Assembly: GCA_964016885.1 (NCBI GenBank)
Contig: OZ024751.1
Location: 26,660,001-26,724,000, forward strand
Direction of reading: 5' to 3'
Source of the DNA: Eledone cirrhosa
Lineage: Eukaryota
Length of the DNA: 64,000 nucleotides
Positions 1-14,884 of this stretch are shown here, piece by piece. The notes under the pieces were generated by a model. That model had not been told where the DNA came from. It saw only the letters and a list, made by a program, of their open reading frames with translations, and made no database searches. The position numbers were made by a program, and so were the translations under genes. Position 1 is the first letter of the stretch. Each line of letters begins with the position of its first letter.

Positions 1-409
1 CGGCGAGGCTGATGCGCTGAAATATTGTTTTAAAAGACTTTTTAATGGAAATGAAGCAAAATGGAAGCTTAATGTTGAAACTTCGAACTCATGAATTTTG
101 CAGGTTAAAATTTTGCTGGCCCGAAAACTGTTCGCGTATTTTTGTACGCGTAGTTTGTTCGATAAACAAATGACGCCATAAAAGGGAGATAACTCGTCTC
201 TCATCTCTATTTATACATTTGAACTGAAAAATCAATACATTACAAATTAGAATTTTGCACTTGGCGTGGGTCGATTTGAAAACATTTTTGACCGATGTCT
301 CCGCCGGACCTTCATCTCTAAGTGTAGCAATTTCACCGAAATTTGAACGTACGGTTTAAGAGGAGATGTGTGCCGACCGTTTTAGTAGACAGACAGGCAG
401 ACAACCTCA

Positions 410-420
<11 letters not shown>
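1..420 (-). mobile_element. Probable 5' end of a non-autonomous Helitron-like element
   Basis: Minus strand reads (TA)n-AAAACTGAGGTTGTCTGCCTGTCTGTC...aaatttcggtgaaattg, resembling the start of animal Helitron derivatives. The 3' end is not in the window. Confidence 0.45.
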
Positions 421-487
<67 letters not shown>

Positions 488-637
488 TATGTATATATAT
501 ATACATATATCTGTCTAAATATCTATATATATATATATATATATATATATCTCCGTCTAAATATATATATATATATATATCTGTCTGTCTGTCTCTGTCT
601 CTCTCTCTCTAACTATCTGCCTATCTATTTATCTGTC

Positions 638-742
<105 letters not shown>

Positions 743-759
743 GCCCGTCTAAATATCTG

Positions 760-828
<69 letters not shown>

Positions 829-1264
829 GTTTATCTGTCTATATGGCTCTCTACCTAAATGTCTATATATCCGTCTGTCTCTCTATCTGTCGAACTGTCT
901 CTCTATCTATCTGTCTATCTGTATTATGTAATCAACCTAACTATGTCACTCTCATTGTCAATCACTCTAATACAACTTCTTTTTATTTAATTCTAATAAC
1001 GCCGCCATCTTAAACGTTATTTTATGACGGCCGCCATTTTCAATGTACGGTTAGCTGTGGAGCCACTAACTCTACTTGTACTGTGAGAAGGAATTAGCTT
1101 CAAAGGGTTATCAGACATTTCGGCGTGCACACTTTCGTACATTTACGCCACGGGGTCCCCTGAATCTGTACGAGTCGTCTTAGATTTTGTAATTAGTAAT
1201 GCTATTTCTAAAGACGCCCTTTGCAAAATCATTATTTATTGTAATTTCTTTGCAAAGAATATGA

Positions 1265-1297
<33 letters not shown>

Positions 1298-1443
1298 TGT
1301 ATGTATGTATGTATGTATGTATGTATGTATGTATGTATGTATGTATGTATGTATGTATGCATGTGTATGTATGTATGTATGTACGTGTGTGAGTATGCAT
1401 GTATGTATTTATGTATGTATGTATGCTTGTATGTATGTAGGTC

Positions 1444-1501
<58 letters not shown>

Positions 1502-1699
1502 TACACATGCATTTGCATATATATATATATATATATATATCTGTGTGTGTATGCAAGTCTGTCTTGTTTATCTTGAAGGGGTTCCAGTGCTCCTCGCTGT
1601 GGAATCCAGGATGTTTTCCATTGAAATAACTTCAGAATTAGTTTTACAGACTTTCCTGCTATTCTTCTTCCATCTAGTTTATCGCTGTCGATATCCCCC

Positions 1700-2175
1700 C
1701 CTTTTTTTCTCACCCCTCTCCCTTTTTCTCACCCCTCTCCCTTTCTCTCACCCCTCTCCCTTTCTCTCACCCCTCCCTTTTCTCACCCCTCTCCCTTTCT
1801 CTCACCCCTCCCCTTTTCTCACCCCTCCCCCTTTCTCTCACCCCTCTCCCTTTTTCTCACCCCTCTCCCTTTCTCTCATCCCTCTCCCTTTCTCTCACCC
1901 CTTCTCACTTTCTATCACCCTCTCCCTTTTTTCTCACCCTCTCCCTTTCTCTCACCCCCTCTCACTTTCTATCACCCTCTCCCTTTCTCTCACCCTCTCT
2001 CCTTTTCTCTCATCCCCTCTCACTTTCTCTCACCCCCTCTCACTTTCTATCACCCTCTCTCTATTTCTCTCACCCTCCTTTTCTCTCACCCCTCTATCTG
2101 TTTCCCTCACTCTATCTCCATGTATATCTCCCTCTCTCTAATTCTCACCCCCTCTCCCTTTCTCACCCCCCTCAC
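1700..2175 (+). repeat. Pyrimidine-rich ~19-20-bp minisatellite (ctctccctttctctcacccc)n
   Basis: Degenerate tandem units visible. Confidence 0.9.
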
Positions 2176-2329
2176 TATAGTCACTCACCCCCTCTTCACC
2201 AGACACTCCATATCCACCCATTAATTAGTTTCTCCTCTCCACAACTCATCAATAATCAATGATAAGATAAACCATATTTAACTTGGAATCTTAATTATAT
2301 CACTCTCTTTTACTCTCACCCTCTCTCTC

Positions 2330-2364
<35 letters not shown>

Positions 2365-2547
2365 TCTCTCCCTCTCATCTCTCTCTCTCATTTATCTCTT
2401 TATTTCATCCCTTCATCACCCCATCTCTCTCTATCTCTCTTTCTCTATGTCTCTCTTCCTCTCTCTCATACTGTCTCTCTCTTTCTCTCTCTCATACTCA
2501 CATCTCTCTTTCTCTATGCATCTCTCTCTCTCTCCCTGTGACTCTCT

Positions 2548-2589
<42 letters not shown>

Positions 2590-2593
2590 CCTG

Positions 2594-2634
<41 letters not shown>

Positions 2635-2904
2635 TATACATATCTACTCTGTCACCCTCTCAACTGCCCATCATTATCCTGTCACTCTAAACTAGTTGTT
2701 TCGTCTCATCTGCCAACATATTCACCCCCATTTCCCCAACAAAATCCCTCCCCTACCCCACTCCACCGCCACCCCTCACCCCACGCCACCTCTCCCTTAC
2801 CCCACTCCCCTCATCCCACCATAATTGTTGATATAAACTAATATACACAGGAATTCAGTTATTGACGAAGCTGGAAAAAACCCCAAATGATAACCTACAC
2901 ACCT

Positions 2905-3250
2905 TTATAATAATAAAAATAATAATAATGGTTTCTTTATTAGCCACACAGGGTTTACATTAAGAGGACAATAAAGACGGTACAGGATGGTACAGTGTGA
3001 GGGTTTATAAAGAAGACAAAAGGTTTATAAAGAAGACAAAAAATAAATAAACACTTAAAAAAATGAAAACAATAAATTCCCCAATGGTGGGGACACCTCC
3101 GAGGGTCACTAATGGAGAAAACCCACAAAAAGCCGTGGTAACCGTGACCACTAGGACAAGACCCTTCTCCCTGATGTTCTCTTCCAATTTACAGGCGCAT
3201 TTACTCTCTCTCACTTTCTATTTTTCTCTGGAAGAAATCTGCTGTAGTCA
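2905..3250 (-). mobile_element. Possible 3' end of a LINE (L1/Tx1-like)
   Basis: Minus strand ends ...ccctgtgtggctAATAAAgaaacc(att)n, a polyA signal plus short tandem tail. No clear ORF motif. Confidence 0.35.
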
Positions 3251-3507
3251 GGCCTGGATAATATCTGATATCCAGGATCCCTGAGCCCTCTCCCTATTTA
3301 CTGTGATAGGGAAGGGGATGGCCCTCTAAAAGAACAAGGCTCTTTTGTTGAAAGATGGGTGAGAGAGAGATGAGTATTGTCCGGGTGAAAGGGCTTACTC
3401 TGAATATGGTATGGTGTATATGGTCCCGTAACGCCTGATAGAGTGGTAGGGACACCGTATTGATATACAGCGTTCTTTAGGCATTTTAAGCCTGGTGGAG
3501 CCCATCC

Positions 3508-3633
3508 TTACCCAGTGCATTACTGGTACTTTATTTTATCGACCTCGTAAGGATGAAAGGCAAAGTTAACCTCGGCGGGATTTGAACTCAGAATGGCAAG
3601 GGCCGTAACTCTATATGTCAAAGCATGGTGTCC
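3508..3633 (-). mobile_element. tRNA-derived SINE family A, partial
   Basis: Matches the in-window copies at 28285-28908: B-box GAGTTCAAATC and body aactttgcctttcatccttacg..gtcgataaaataaagtaccag. Confidence 0.85.
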
Positions 3634-3681
3634 TTTTTTTCAAATCTACCTAACTGTATCAAGGATCTCACACATTTTCCA

Positions 3682-3759
<78 letters not shown>

Positions 3760-3958
3760 CAATCTTTCATTTTTATTACTCCAAGTGAGCCTACATAGGA
3801 ATTCTCGCGAACTCGCTGCATAACTATGGAAACCTCTTGTTGAGTCAAACAACGCCTTACGTTAAAACTATCCACGACGTGGAGTACTCACAACCTCTAA
3901 CTGGATTACCCTTAACGATAACTTGTTATCCCATCCTATATATATATTTTATTATTAT

Positions 3959-4026
<68 letters not shown>

Positions 4027-4028
<2 letters not shown>

Positions 4029-4173
4029 AAGGCGGGTAAAATTCCCGAGATCCATGGACGAGTTCTCTCCAGCGGTCTCTATCCCTCATTATCGCTGCCA
4101 TATCCTGCATCTCCAACAGACCAGTGTCTGTCCTTAGGGCATCAACATATGTTAACCTTGGTCTTCCTCTTCT
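4027..4173 (-). mobile_element. RTE-clade LINE 3' end (ORF C-terminus)
   Basis: Minus translation RRGRPRLTYVDALRTDTGLLEMQDMAAIMRDRDRWRELVHGSREFYPP*, the typical RTE C-terminal RGRP..DR..WR motif, ending at (TA)n. Confidence 0.8.
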
Positions 4174-4185
4174 AGTGTGTCCATG

Positions 4186-4554
4186 TAATAATAATAAAAT
4201 TGAAGACTAGAATCCAAAGAGGGCTCGATAAGGAAAATATATATCAAATATATAAGAACCGTAGAGCAAATATTTATTAAAATAACAGATTAAAGTTTAA
4301 GCAAAGAATCGCTGCTTTCACCCTTGCGCGTAATTGTTTTCACCGCTCCTATTAATGACGTATTATTCGTTTTTTCCCGTTCTTTACCAGCGAACGTTAC
4401 CACGAACCAAACAATCGTCTTCCTGTCTTCCTCCGGTTGCAACGTTTTTTGAAATATCCAGTTCTGCGTTTACAGATTGACTTTGTTAGTTTCAGAAGAT
4501 CCGGTTAAGGGTGAAAGCAGCGATTCTTTGCTTAAACTTTAATCTGTTATTTTA

Positions 4555-4560
<6 letters not shown>
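4186..4560. mobile_element. Fold-back element family F1 (PLE pLTR-like)
   Basis: Inverted arms ~4270-4325 and 4507-4562, tail 4186-4270. Homologous to 30661, 44153, 47286 and 21997. Confidence 0.75.
4488..4538 (+). ncRNA. Type I hammerhead-like motif with variant core CAGAAGA
   Basis: AGTTT-CAGAAGA-tccg gttaa gggt-GAAA-GCA gcgattctt TGC-TT-AAACT; stems I and III pair, stem II has a mismatch. Confidence 0.5.
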
Positions 4561-4598
<38 letters not shown>

Positions 4599-4675
4599 TT
4601 AATAATATATTTATACATAATATATATACTTAATAATATTAAATAAATGGAAAACTATATTTATAAAACCATATT

Positions 4676-4741
4676 TATTTCATTATATATATTTCGGGGA
4701 TATCATATTAACAATATGCTATGCCTTCATCAGACAAAATA
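4676..4741 (-). ncRNA. Type I hammerhead ribozyme motif (family F4 element 4630-4815)
   Basis: Minus: TATTTTGT-CTGATGA-aggcatagcatatt gtt aatatgatatcccc-GAAA-TATATA-TA-ATGAAATA. Stem I pairs with two G-U; stem III region is palindromic. Confidence 0.7.
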
Positions 4742-4965
4742 TTTGTCGAGTGCTTTTATATCAGTTATAAATATTTACTAGTTGTAACCCAACAATTTTA
4801 AATATAACTTTACATATACTTAATAATATATATATATATATACATATATGTATTTATTTATTGTTACTATTTATATACATCTATCTATATATATATAACA
4901 CATATATATATATATACATATACATATATATACATATACATACTGTATATATATAATTATGTATA

Positions 4966-5084
<119 letters not shown>

Positions 5085-5198
5085 ATATATACATATATAA
5101 TTTATATATATATATATATAGTAAAAAATTGAACGGGAACAAAACAGAGAGGCAGTACGAACAAAGGTTTATTAGTTTCACGCTCTTGAGAGTGGGGT

Positions 5199-5286
<88 letters not shown>

Positions 5287-5337
5287 CGTATACACGTGTG
5301 TTGGGCATTCACACACACATACACAGACACACTAACA

Positions 5338-5406
<69 letters not shown>

Positions 5407-5825
5407 ATACATATACAGACATTATATGTGTACGTGTACATATAATAGATAAAAACCGAATTAGACTCTGTGTTGGGAGACAAATTAGAATCTTAGAGTT
5501 ACTTAAAGCAAAGATTCTCCCTTAGATCTGTCAGTTCTCATTCCAGCAGAAAATTGTACGACTTTGTAAAACAAGAACGTTGACACCAACCCTGGCAGCA
5601 GATCAAAGACTGTGTCTCGGTTCTTCCGGCGAGTTTTTATTTTATTTCATTTAAAAATGAAGAAACTATTGAGAGAAAGTTATTTTACAACGAAGTCTTT
5701 CGCCAGATCGAGACTACGGCATCGTGCCTGTGGAAGGTGGAATGGTTGACACACACACACACACACATACACACACACACACATATATATAGAGAGAGGG
5801 AGAGGATATATATATATCTATATAT

Positions 5826-5915
<90 letters not shown>

Positions 5916-5971
5916 GGGGAGAGAGAGGGTGAGGATATATATATATCTATATATCTACACACACACACACC

Positions 5972-6040
<69 letters not shown>

Positions 6041-6144
6041 AATTAATATCTAGTAACATATATATACATACAGATGCATATCAATGCTAGCAAATATATA
6101 GGTTTTGTCTTAGTAACTTTGTGGTTCAATGCATGGGGTTGCAG

Positions 6145-6271
<127 letters not shown>

Positions 6272-6308
6272 GGTATATCTATATCTATATATCTACACAC
6301 ACACACTT

Positions 6309-6341
<33 letters not shown>

Positions 6342-7002
6342 GGGAGAGAGGGAGAAGTTAACTGGTATTTTTTATTTTCTCGACCCAGAAAGAATGGAAA
6401 GCCAGACGGATGTTGACCCCAGACGGATTAGAACGCTGAGCGCAAACCTTGGTAGGGATAACAGAATAGTTAGAAAACGATATAGGGGAGGAAGATGGAA
6501 GAGGAAGGACAAGAAGAAGAAGAAGAAGAAGAAGAAGAAGAAGAAGAAGAAGAAGAAGAAGAAGAAGAAGGACAAGAAGAAGGACAAGAAGAAGGACAAG
6601 AAGAAGAAGGAGGAGGAGGAGATGAAGAAGAAGGAGGAGAAGAAGAAAAAGAAGAAGGAGGAGAAGAAGAAGAAGGACAAAAGAAAACAATAGCAATGAA
6701 TGCCTGTGTGAAGTGAGGAGGTGGGAGGCGGGAGGTGTGAAGTGTGAAGTGAGGAGGTGGGAGGTGTGAGATTACGACGGAGGAAACCAGCGGAAATTCG
6801 CCATTTTTATATGTATCTGATTTCCTCTTCAAGAATCAGGATAAGAAAGATATGATTGGTGTAGAAGGTGAGGAAAGGACATTTTCATTGCAGCAATAAC
6901 AACGTCGTAATCGTCATTTTGTAGATAAACAAACCTCAAAATGAACTTGAATATGTCAGGAAGTAAAGAATGGTTTAGTATTGACTCAACAATCACTACT
7001 AA

Positions 7003-7060
<58 letters not shown>

Positions 7061-8061
7061 TTTTTCTCTCTCACCCTCTTCCTCTCTCTCTCTTTCTTTC
7101 TCTCTTCTTCTCTCTCCTTCTCTTTCTCTCTCACTGTCTCTGTCTCTCTCTTTCTCTCTCTCCCTTTCTCCCACTTTCTCTCTCTCTCTTTCTTTCTTTC
7201 TTTCATTCTTTCTTTCTTTCTCTCCCTCTCGCCTTCTCTCTCTCTCTCTCTCTCACTTTATTTCGCTCTCTCTCTCTTTCTCTCCCCCTCTCTTTCTTTC
7301 TTTCTCTCTATCTATCCAACCTAATGTCTGCCAATCTGTCTGTCAGTCTGTCTCTCTCTTTTTTCTCTCTCACTGCCCCCCCCCTCTCTCTATATATATA
7401 CACATACACACACAAATACACACATATACACACAAATACACACATATACACACATACACACACAAATACACACATATACACACAAATACACACATATACA
7501 CACAAATACACACATACACACACAAATACACACATACACACACAAATACACACATACACATATATTACACACATGTGTGTATGTATACACAAACGCTTAT
7601 AAGAAAACAATATGAACAATAAAGGTAATATTGTTATAAGAACATATCTATATATGTATGTGTGTATATATGTCGGTATGTATGTATGTATGTATGTATG
7701 TATGTATGTATGTATGTATGTATGTATGTATGTATGTATGTATGTATGTATATATGTCGGTATGTATGTGTGTATATATGTCGGTATGTATGTCTGTAGG
7801 TATATATGTATGTATATATGCATGTATGTATGTATGTATATATGCATGTATGTATGTATGTATGTATATATGTATGTATGTTCTTCTGGTTTTATAATTT
7901 CACAAATTGTGTGTATATGTATATATATGTATATATGTATATATGTATATGTATATATATGTATATATGTATATATGTATATATATATATATGTACATAT
8001 GTATATATGTATGTATCTATATATGTATATATGTTGGTATGTATATATATATATATGTACA

Positions 8062-8170
<109 letters not shown>

Positions 8171-8324
8171 AACAGTTAATCTCTAATCCAGACGTCCTTC
8201 TCTCCCAGAGGTCATCCAGTGCGACCATTCCTTGCCCTTCATTGTCTGTTGATTCGAGACTTTCCAAAGACACCCAATTCTTGAGAAAACACATCCCCAT
8301 TTGGATTGGAGTCTTACGTAAAAC

Positions 8325-8365
<41 letters not shown>

Positions 8366-8378
8366 CATACATATATAT

Positions 8379-8434
<56 letters not shown>

Positions 8435-8439
8435 CATAC

Positions 8440-8504
<65 letters not shown>

Positions 8505-8513
8505 CATATATAC

Positions 8514-8556
<43 letters not shown>

Positions 8557-8703
8557 CATACATACATATATATATATATATACATATATATATATTTATA
8601 TATATACACACATACATATATATATATATATACATATATATATATTTATATATATACACACATACATATATATATATATACATATATATATATTTATATA
8701 TAT

Positions 8704-8748
<45 letters not shown>

Positions 8749-8758
8749 TATATATATA

Positions 8759-8802
<44 letters not shown>

Positions 8803-9049
8803 GTATATATATACATATCTATGTATATATATATATATATATATACATACATATATACATATATATACATATATACACATATACATGTATATATATATAC
8901 ACACACACACATACATACATATATATATATGGCGTGTGTATATATGTATATAATCGTATATAATGTGTGTATATGTAATCATCTTCCTCATTATCATTGT
9001 GTTCGTTGTTCTCATTATTTCTATAATGAGCATCCTTACTCCTCCTTCA

Positions 9050-9225
9050 CACACCACCACCACCACTACCACCACCACCACCACCACCACCACCATACCT
9101 ACCGCCACGGCCGCCACCGCCGCCACCATCACAATCATCTCTGTTAGTACCGCACCACCACCACCACCACCACCAACACTGCCACCACCACCACCACCAC
9201 CAGCACCACCACCATTACCACCATT

Positions 9226-9256
<31 letters not shown>

Positions 9257-9435
9257 CCACCACCACCACCAACACCACCGACACTGCCCCCCCCCACCAG
9301 CACCAGCACCACCACCACCACCAACACCACCGACACTGCCACCGTCATCTCCACCCTTCCTTCTCCTCCTCTCGTCGCCATCACCTTCCGCCTCCTCTTC
9401 AACCTCCTCCCCTCATCCACATCATCACCATCATC
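9050..9435 (+). repeat. (CAC)n compound trinucleotide repeat
   Basis: Directly visible. Confidence 0.95.
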
Positions 9436-10034
9436 ATATTAAATGCAGTAGAATTGGGTCAGTGACCATGTTGCAGAAGTGTGACGAAACGTTGACACTT
9501 CATAAGACACTAAGAAAGATGTAGAATTAATAGGAAGTGAAAATAGAGTTATTACGTCTTATTAAATGTCTAAAGCGTGTGTTAACATTCCAAAAGCCAC
9601 GTCTCAGATCCTCTTATTTATCCAATACCTACATATTGACAATTCCTAAAACATTACCACAGCACGCAGGAGTGTTCATCTATATTTGCTAAATTTAACT
9701 CTTAGTGCACATATTGTTTTAATAACAATAATGGTTCTCGAAGGCATTCTCTTCTAATATAATTCTATCTTATCTACATTAAAAATTAAATCCTTCGAGA
9801 AGTAACCGCTTTCTACAATGGTTTGGAATTCCACAGAGAATTCCTCAGACGTTTTCATATCTGCACTTGTTGCCTCATTAGTTATCTCAACACAATGACA
9901 CTTAATACGACCTCTTCCAACAAACCAGATTTTACTGTCGGCGGCAGCATTTCATCTGCTCCCTTTTCCTCTTTCTCTTCAAAAAAAAAAAAAATTAACT
10001 TTACCGAAATACGACCCGAATCAATCGATTTTTT

Positions 10035-10110
<76 letters not shown>

Positions 10111-10171
10111 AGAGTAAACTTCAGTACATGACTGGTACGTTTTTATCGACCTTGAAAGGCTGAAAGGCAAA

Positions 10172-10211
<40 letters not shown>

Positions 10212-10573
10212 GTTGTGAATTGAAGTTTTAGCTGTTGTACAGCAAGTATTATTCGATTTGTTTGAGGCTATCACAAAACACTCAATGGATCAAAAGTTAA
10301 AAACATTAGGTCCAGAGTTAACACAACAGTTATAAAGTGTGACAGCAAGAAAACCGACAGAGGGTACCAGTTATACATATAACATAACTACGATAGATAC
10401 AGAAAGGTTTAAACTAACCATTTCTGAGTGATTAAAATTGATATAAATCACAAAATCTCAAGTAGGTTTCTGGGACCCCTGGAAGTTATATAACGAGCTA
10501 TATAATGCACATGCAATACATGTGTGCACATTCACGATCGAACTGGAGCCCTGTCTTCCTCAGGTTTTGTCCT

Positions 10574-10642
<69 letters not shown>

Positions 10643-11047
10643 AACACTGAAGCATATAGAGCTAACTATGCCGTCTGAAACATATACAGTTAACTATGCC
10701 AATCAATGGCCCCAGGAGGGGCACAATTTATATCGACACCGAAATGATGACAAGACATAGTTGACTTTGGTGGGATTTGAACTGAGAGCCGTAACAAATA
10801 CCCCAGATTTGTTCAGCCACCAGCACCACCACCAGCACCACCACCAGCAGCACCAGCACTACCACCAGCACCACCACCAGCACCACCAGCACCACCACCA
10901 GCACCACCACTACCATCCTACAATATACACAGTAGTGCATTTAGTCGGATGGTCGACATTTTTGCTAACTCATTTCTATTATTAAATAAGGAAAATATTT
11001 ACTGAAATATTAATGATGTTATGAAAAGAATGTATATTTATACATTC

Positions 11048-11101
<54 letters not shown>

Positions 11102-11247
11102 TTACATATTTATACACACGCACACATACACACAGAGAAACACACGCACATATATATATATATATATATAATGTATAGATGTGTGTATATGTATATATAA
11201 ATATATATATATACATATATATATACACATCTCTCACACACTCTCCC

Positions 11248-11321
<74 letters not shown>

Positions 11322-11325
<4 letters not shown>

Positions 11326-11491
11326 AAACAAGGACGAATGGTTACTCCTTTATTACGTTTATTGGTTGATGACGCGCTTTTCGCTATTGATCAGCTCAAG
11401 GTTCGATCTGTATCGATGTAGCCCGACTCTGTAATCAATAGCTCGTCGGACCTCTGTGGTGAACCTACAGTAACTCCGCATTACACTCCCT

Positions 11492-11493
<2 letters not shown>
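11322..11493 (-). mobile_element. TA-flanked dispersed repeat family F6
   Basis: Reverse-complement homology to 46581-46822; flanked by (TA)n on both sides. Confidence 0.7.
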
Positions 11494-11534
<41 letters not shown>

Positions 11535-11617
11535 TCTCTCTCTATATATATATATACATATATCTAAATAATCTAAATATATATATATATATATATAAAT
11601 ATATACATATATATACA

Positions 11618-11691
<74 letters not shown>

Positions 11692-11764
11692 GTCTTCTCA
11701 CCTATAATGAAAGGTTAAAACAAATATATTCCTATAAAGAATGTATTTGTTTTAACCTTTATAT

Positions 11765-11809
11765 GCTCCGATGATTCCACACCTATATCTGGATGAAACG
11801 ATCGTAAGC
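11765..11809 (+). ncRNA. Minimal type I hammerhead-like motif, core CCGATGA
   Basis: GCT-CCGATGA-tTCCA cacctatatc TGGAt-GAAA-CGATCG-TA-AGC; homologue at 61140. Confidence 0.6.
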
Positions 11810-11848
11810 TATTAAATGTCTTAAACACAATTTGATTGTTATTTATGT

Positions 11849-11882
<34 letters not shown>

Positions 11883-11919
11883 CACACATAAATCTAAATA
11901 TACCTATATATATATCTAT

Positions 11920-11966
<47 letters not shown>

Positions 11967-12354
11967 AGCAGCTCCAGAACAATAAGAAGGTATGTTATCC
12001 GATGACTCGTGGCAAGGAAAGTCTCTATGGCGAGATAATAATTTTTCTACGATCCGTGAGAGATTCCACGAGAACAAACTGTCAAATTTCATGTCTGGAT
12101 AAATAATTTCGCAGGAATTGTTCACCCAATGTTAGACGTCCAACAAGTTTTCTATTATTTAAGATTACAATGGCATCAATAAGGCTTCACTAACCAAAGT
12201 ATGTTTAATAAAAGAATAAAAGAAATAGTTTTGTGGTTTTAAATGTCTCCCCCCCCCACCCCGCCAAGTTACAAAACACTCAGGATAACAAAACATAAAC
12301 ATTCCTCTCTTTTTTTCCTTTCCTGTGCGATCCAATATATAAATAAATATATGA

Positions 12355-12459
<105 letters not shown>

Positions 12460-12475
12460 AATAAGATAACAAGGA

Positions 12476-12518
<43 letters not shown>

Positions 12519-12553
12519 CTCTCTATATTATATATTTGTATAATGACATATTC

Positions 12554-12697
<144 letters not shown>

Positions 12698-12937
12698 TTT
12701 AATATGATATACATATTTTGAAACAAACAAATAAACAAAGTAAAGGTTATAGACATATATACGGCGTGTGGAAATGAGGAGAGAATGTACCGAATAAACT
12801 CCAATATGAAAAACTAAGAGTAAATCTCGAAAATTCCACTGGCGAATAAACTGAAAATTTGTTACATAAAATAGTTGGTAAATTGGAATTATTGAGATGG
12901 TAACTTCATTGGAAGTGAGTGATATGTGAGGAGGTTT

Positions 12938-13385
12938 TGACGTTAACGCCGGAGGAACATAAATATATTGACGTTAACGGAAGAACGTCGTAAATGAATT
13001 GACAATGTAAGAACGACATAAATAAATTGACGTTAACGCAGGAAGGACATAAAGTGACGTTAACTGAGGAAGGAAATAAATTAACGTTAACGGTGGAAGG
13101 AGATAAAGTGACGTTAACTGAAGAAGGGCATAAAGTGACGTTAACGGTGGAAGGACATAAAGTGTCGTTAACTGAGGAAGGAAATAAATTAACGTTAACG
13201 GTGGAAGGACATAAAGTGACGTTAACTGAGGAAGGAAATAAATTAACGTTAACGGTGGAAGGACATAAAGTGACGTTAACTGAGGAAGGACATAAATTGA
13301 CGTTAACGGTGGAAGTACATGAGATGAAAGCTTAGTGGTCACATTCTATGTTAAACTGTAGGAAGAGGAGCAGGTAATTGACGTG
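12938..13385 (+). repeat. 27-bp minisatellite with alternating variants (54-bp dimer)
   Basis: tgacgttaactgaggaaggaaataaat alternating with taacgttaacggtggaaggacataaag. Confidence 0.9.
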
Positions 13386-13494
13386 GGTATTGGGTGGTAT
13401 GGTGGTAGACGTGTAACTAGGAGACGGAGAGAGAATGGACAGACTAGAAATCTAGAGATAATCAGTTAGAAAGATATATAGAGGAGAAATATAT

Positions 13495-13556
<62 letters not shown>

Positions 13557-13558
<2 letters not shown>

Positions 13559-13786
13559 GATATTAAATAAATGGAAACTATATTTATAAAACCATATTTA
13601 TTTTATTATATATATTTCAAGGGCAACCAAGAAATATATATAATAAAATAAATATGGTTTTATAAATATAGTTTCCATTTATTTAATATCATTGAATATT
13701 TACTCCAGTAACTTGTTGAGTGCTCTAAATCAGTTATAAACATTTATATTTGTCGGACTTCCAACAAATTAAATACCACTTCTACT

Positions 13787-13788
<2 letters not shown>
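13557..13788 (+). mobile_element. Fold-back element family F4
   Basis: ~62-bp inverted arms 13557-13618 and 13631-13692 meeting at TTTC..GAAA, then a tail with tgttgagtgc. TA-flanked; homologous to 4630-4815. Confidence 0.75.
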
Positions 13789-13828
<40 letters not shown>

Positions 13829-13836
13829 CAGAGATA

Positions 13837-13900
<64 letters not shown>

Positions 13901-14039
13901 GCTTTTAAAAAGGAAGTTTGTACGTTATATGTGTGTGTGTGACAGCTCCCACCTCTGCAGGTTTAGCTGGCCTCCTCCAAGGTATATCTCGTTGAAGGTC
14001 TCTTGGGTAATTTAATGATAGGAACCCCAGTCCTATCAT

Positions 14040-14181
14040 CTCATTTCTATAGCTGGAGTAAACTGGAGCAACGTGAAATAAAGTGTCTTGCTCAAGGAAA
14101 CAACACATCACCCGGTCCGAGAATTGAACTCACAACCTTTCGATTGCAAGCCCAATGCTCTAACCCCTAAGCCATACGCCT
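14040..14181 (-). mobile_element. tRNA-derived SINE family B
   Basis: Minus: A-box TGGCTTAGGGG, B-box GAGTTCAATTC, then ccttgagcaagacactttatttcac. Diverged copy near 36043-36220. Confidence 0.75.
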
Positions 14182-14184
14182 ACG

Positions 14185-14221
<37 letters not shown>

Positions 14222-14276
14222 TGTATGTATGTATGTATGTATGTATGTATGTATGTATGTATGTATGTATGTATGT

Positions 14277-14884
14277 CAGGTCACCAGTTGGTGCTACTGG
14301 TAACATGTATCCCAGTACAACCTGTCTCGTGGTCGGGACGTTGGCGACTAAACTGGCAACCCCACCAAGGTTTCTTGGTGAGGAGGGTGACTTTGGACAT
14401 CCTGCAGGACTAAAAACAAAACCTGTCAAAGGGCAAAGGAGCTCTTAAGAGTCAATGACCATCCAAAATCACCGGGAGAGATGACCCCTTAGCCTTTGTC
14501 AAGGCAGAATTCTAAGAGAAGGAAAACTCTGATATAACACCTGCAACCCTGATGGTATCCAATGGTGTTGACTTGTTCTTCTTTTTGGTAAATATCATCT
14601 TGGTTATGAGAGTGGGACTGGGTTTGTGCAGTGCCTTTGCCCACTATAAAAGCTTCACGGTACAGGCATTGCTTTATATCCGGAGATCTCTCTGCACTTG
14701 TCCTCACATGGTACCATGGGCCCAGTACTATGTGTCAATAATTGTCACAAGTGTAGTGTTTGTACCAGAGTTTTCAAAGCGCTGGCTGGACTAAAAAGTC
14801 ACACTCGTTCAGCGCATCGGTAGGGGTTCTCCTACATGGATATAAAGTAGTGGCCGTACTCGAAAACGAGTTGGCAGCCACCAT
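14277..14884 (+). mobile_element. ~600-bp non-coding dispersed repeat family R, (TATG)n-flanked
   Basis: Near-identical to 24177-24590 (-) and 38589-38887 (+); diverged relatives at 31557 and 42810. Confidence 0.85.

Noticed and set aside
10450-10578. Minus-strand hammerhead (CTGAGGA...GAAAC)
   Set aside because: ~90-nt gap without a convincing stem II; stem III and cleavage site do not form.
13027-13335. Repeat protein (VTLTEEGHK)n
   Set aside because: 27-bp minisatellite open on both strands; no evidence of coding.
14100-14181. tRNA gene
   Set aside because: A/B boxes run straight into a SINE body; no convincing acceptor stem.
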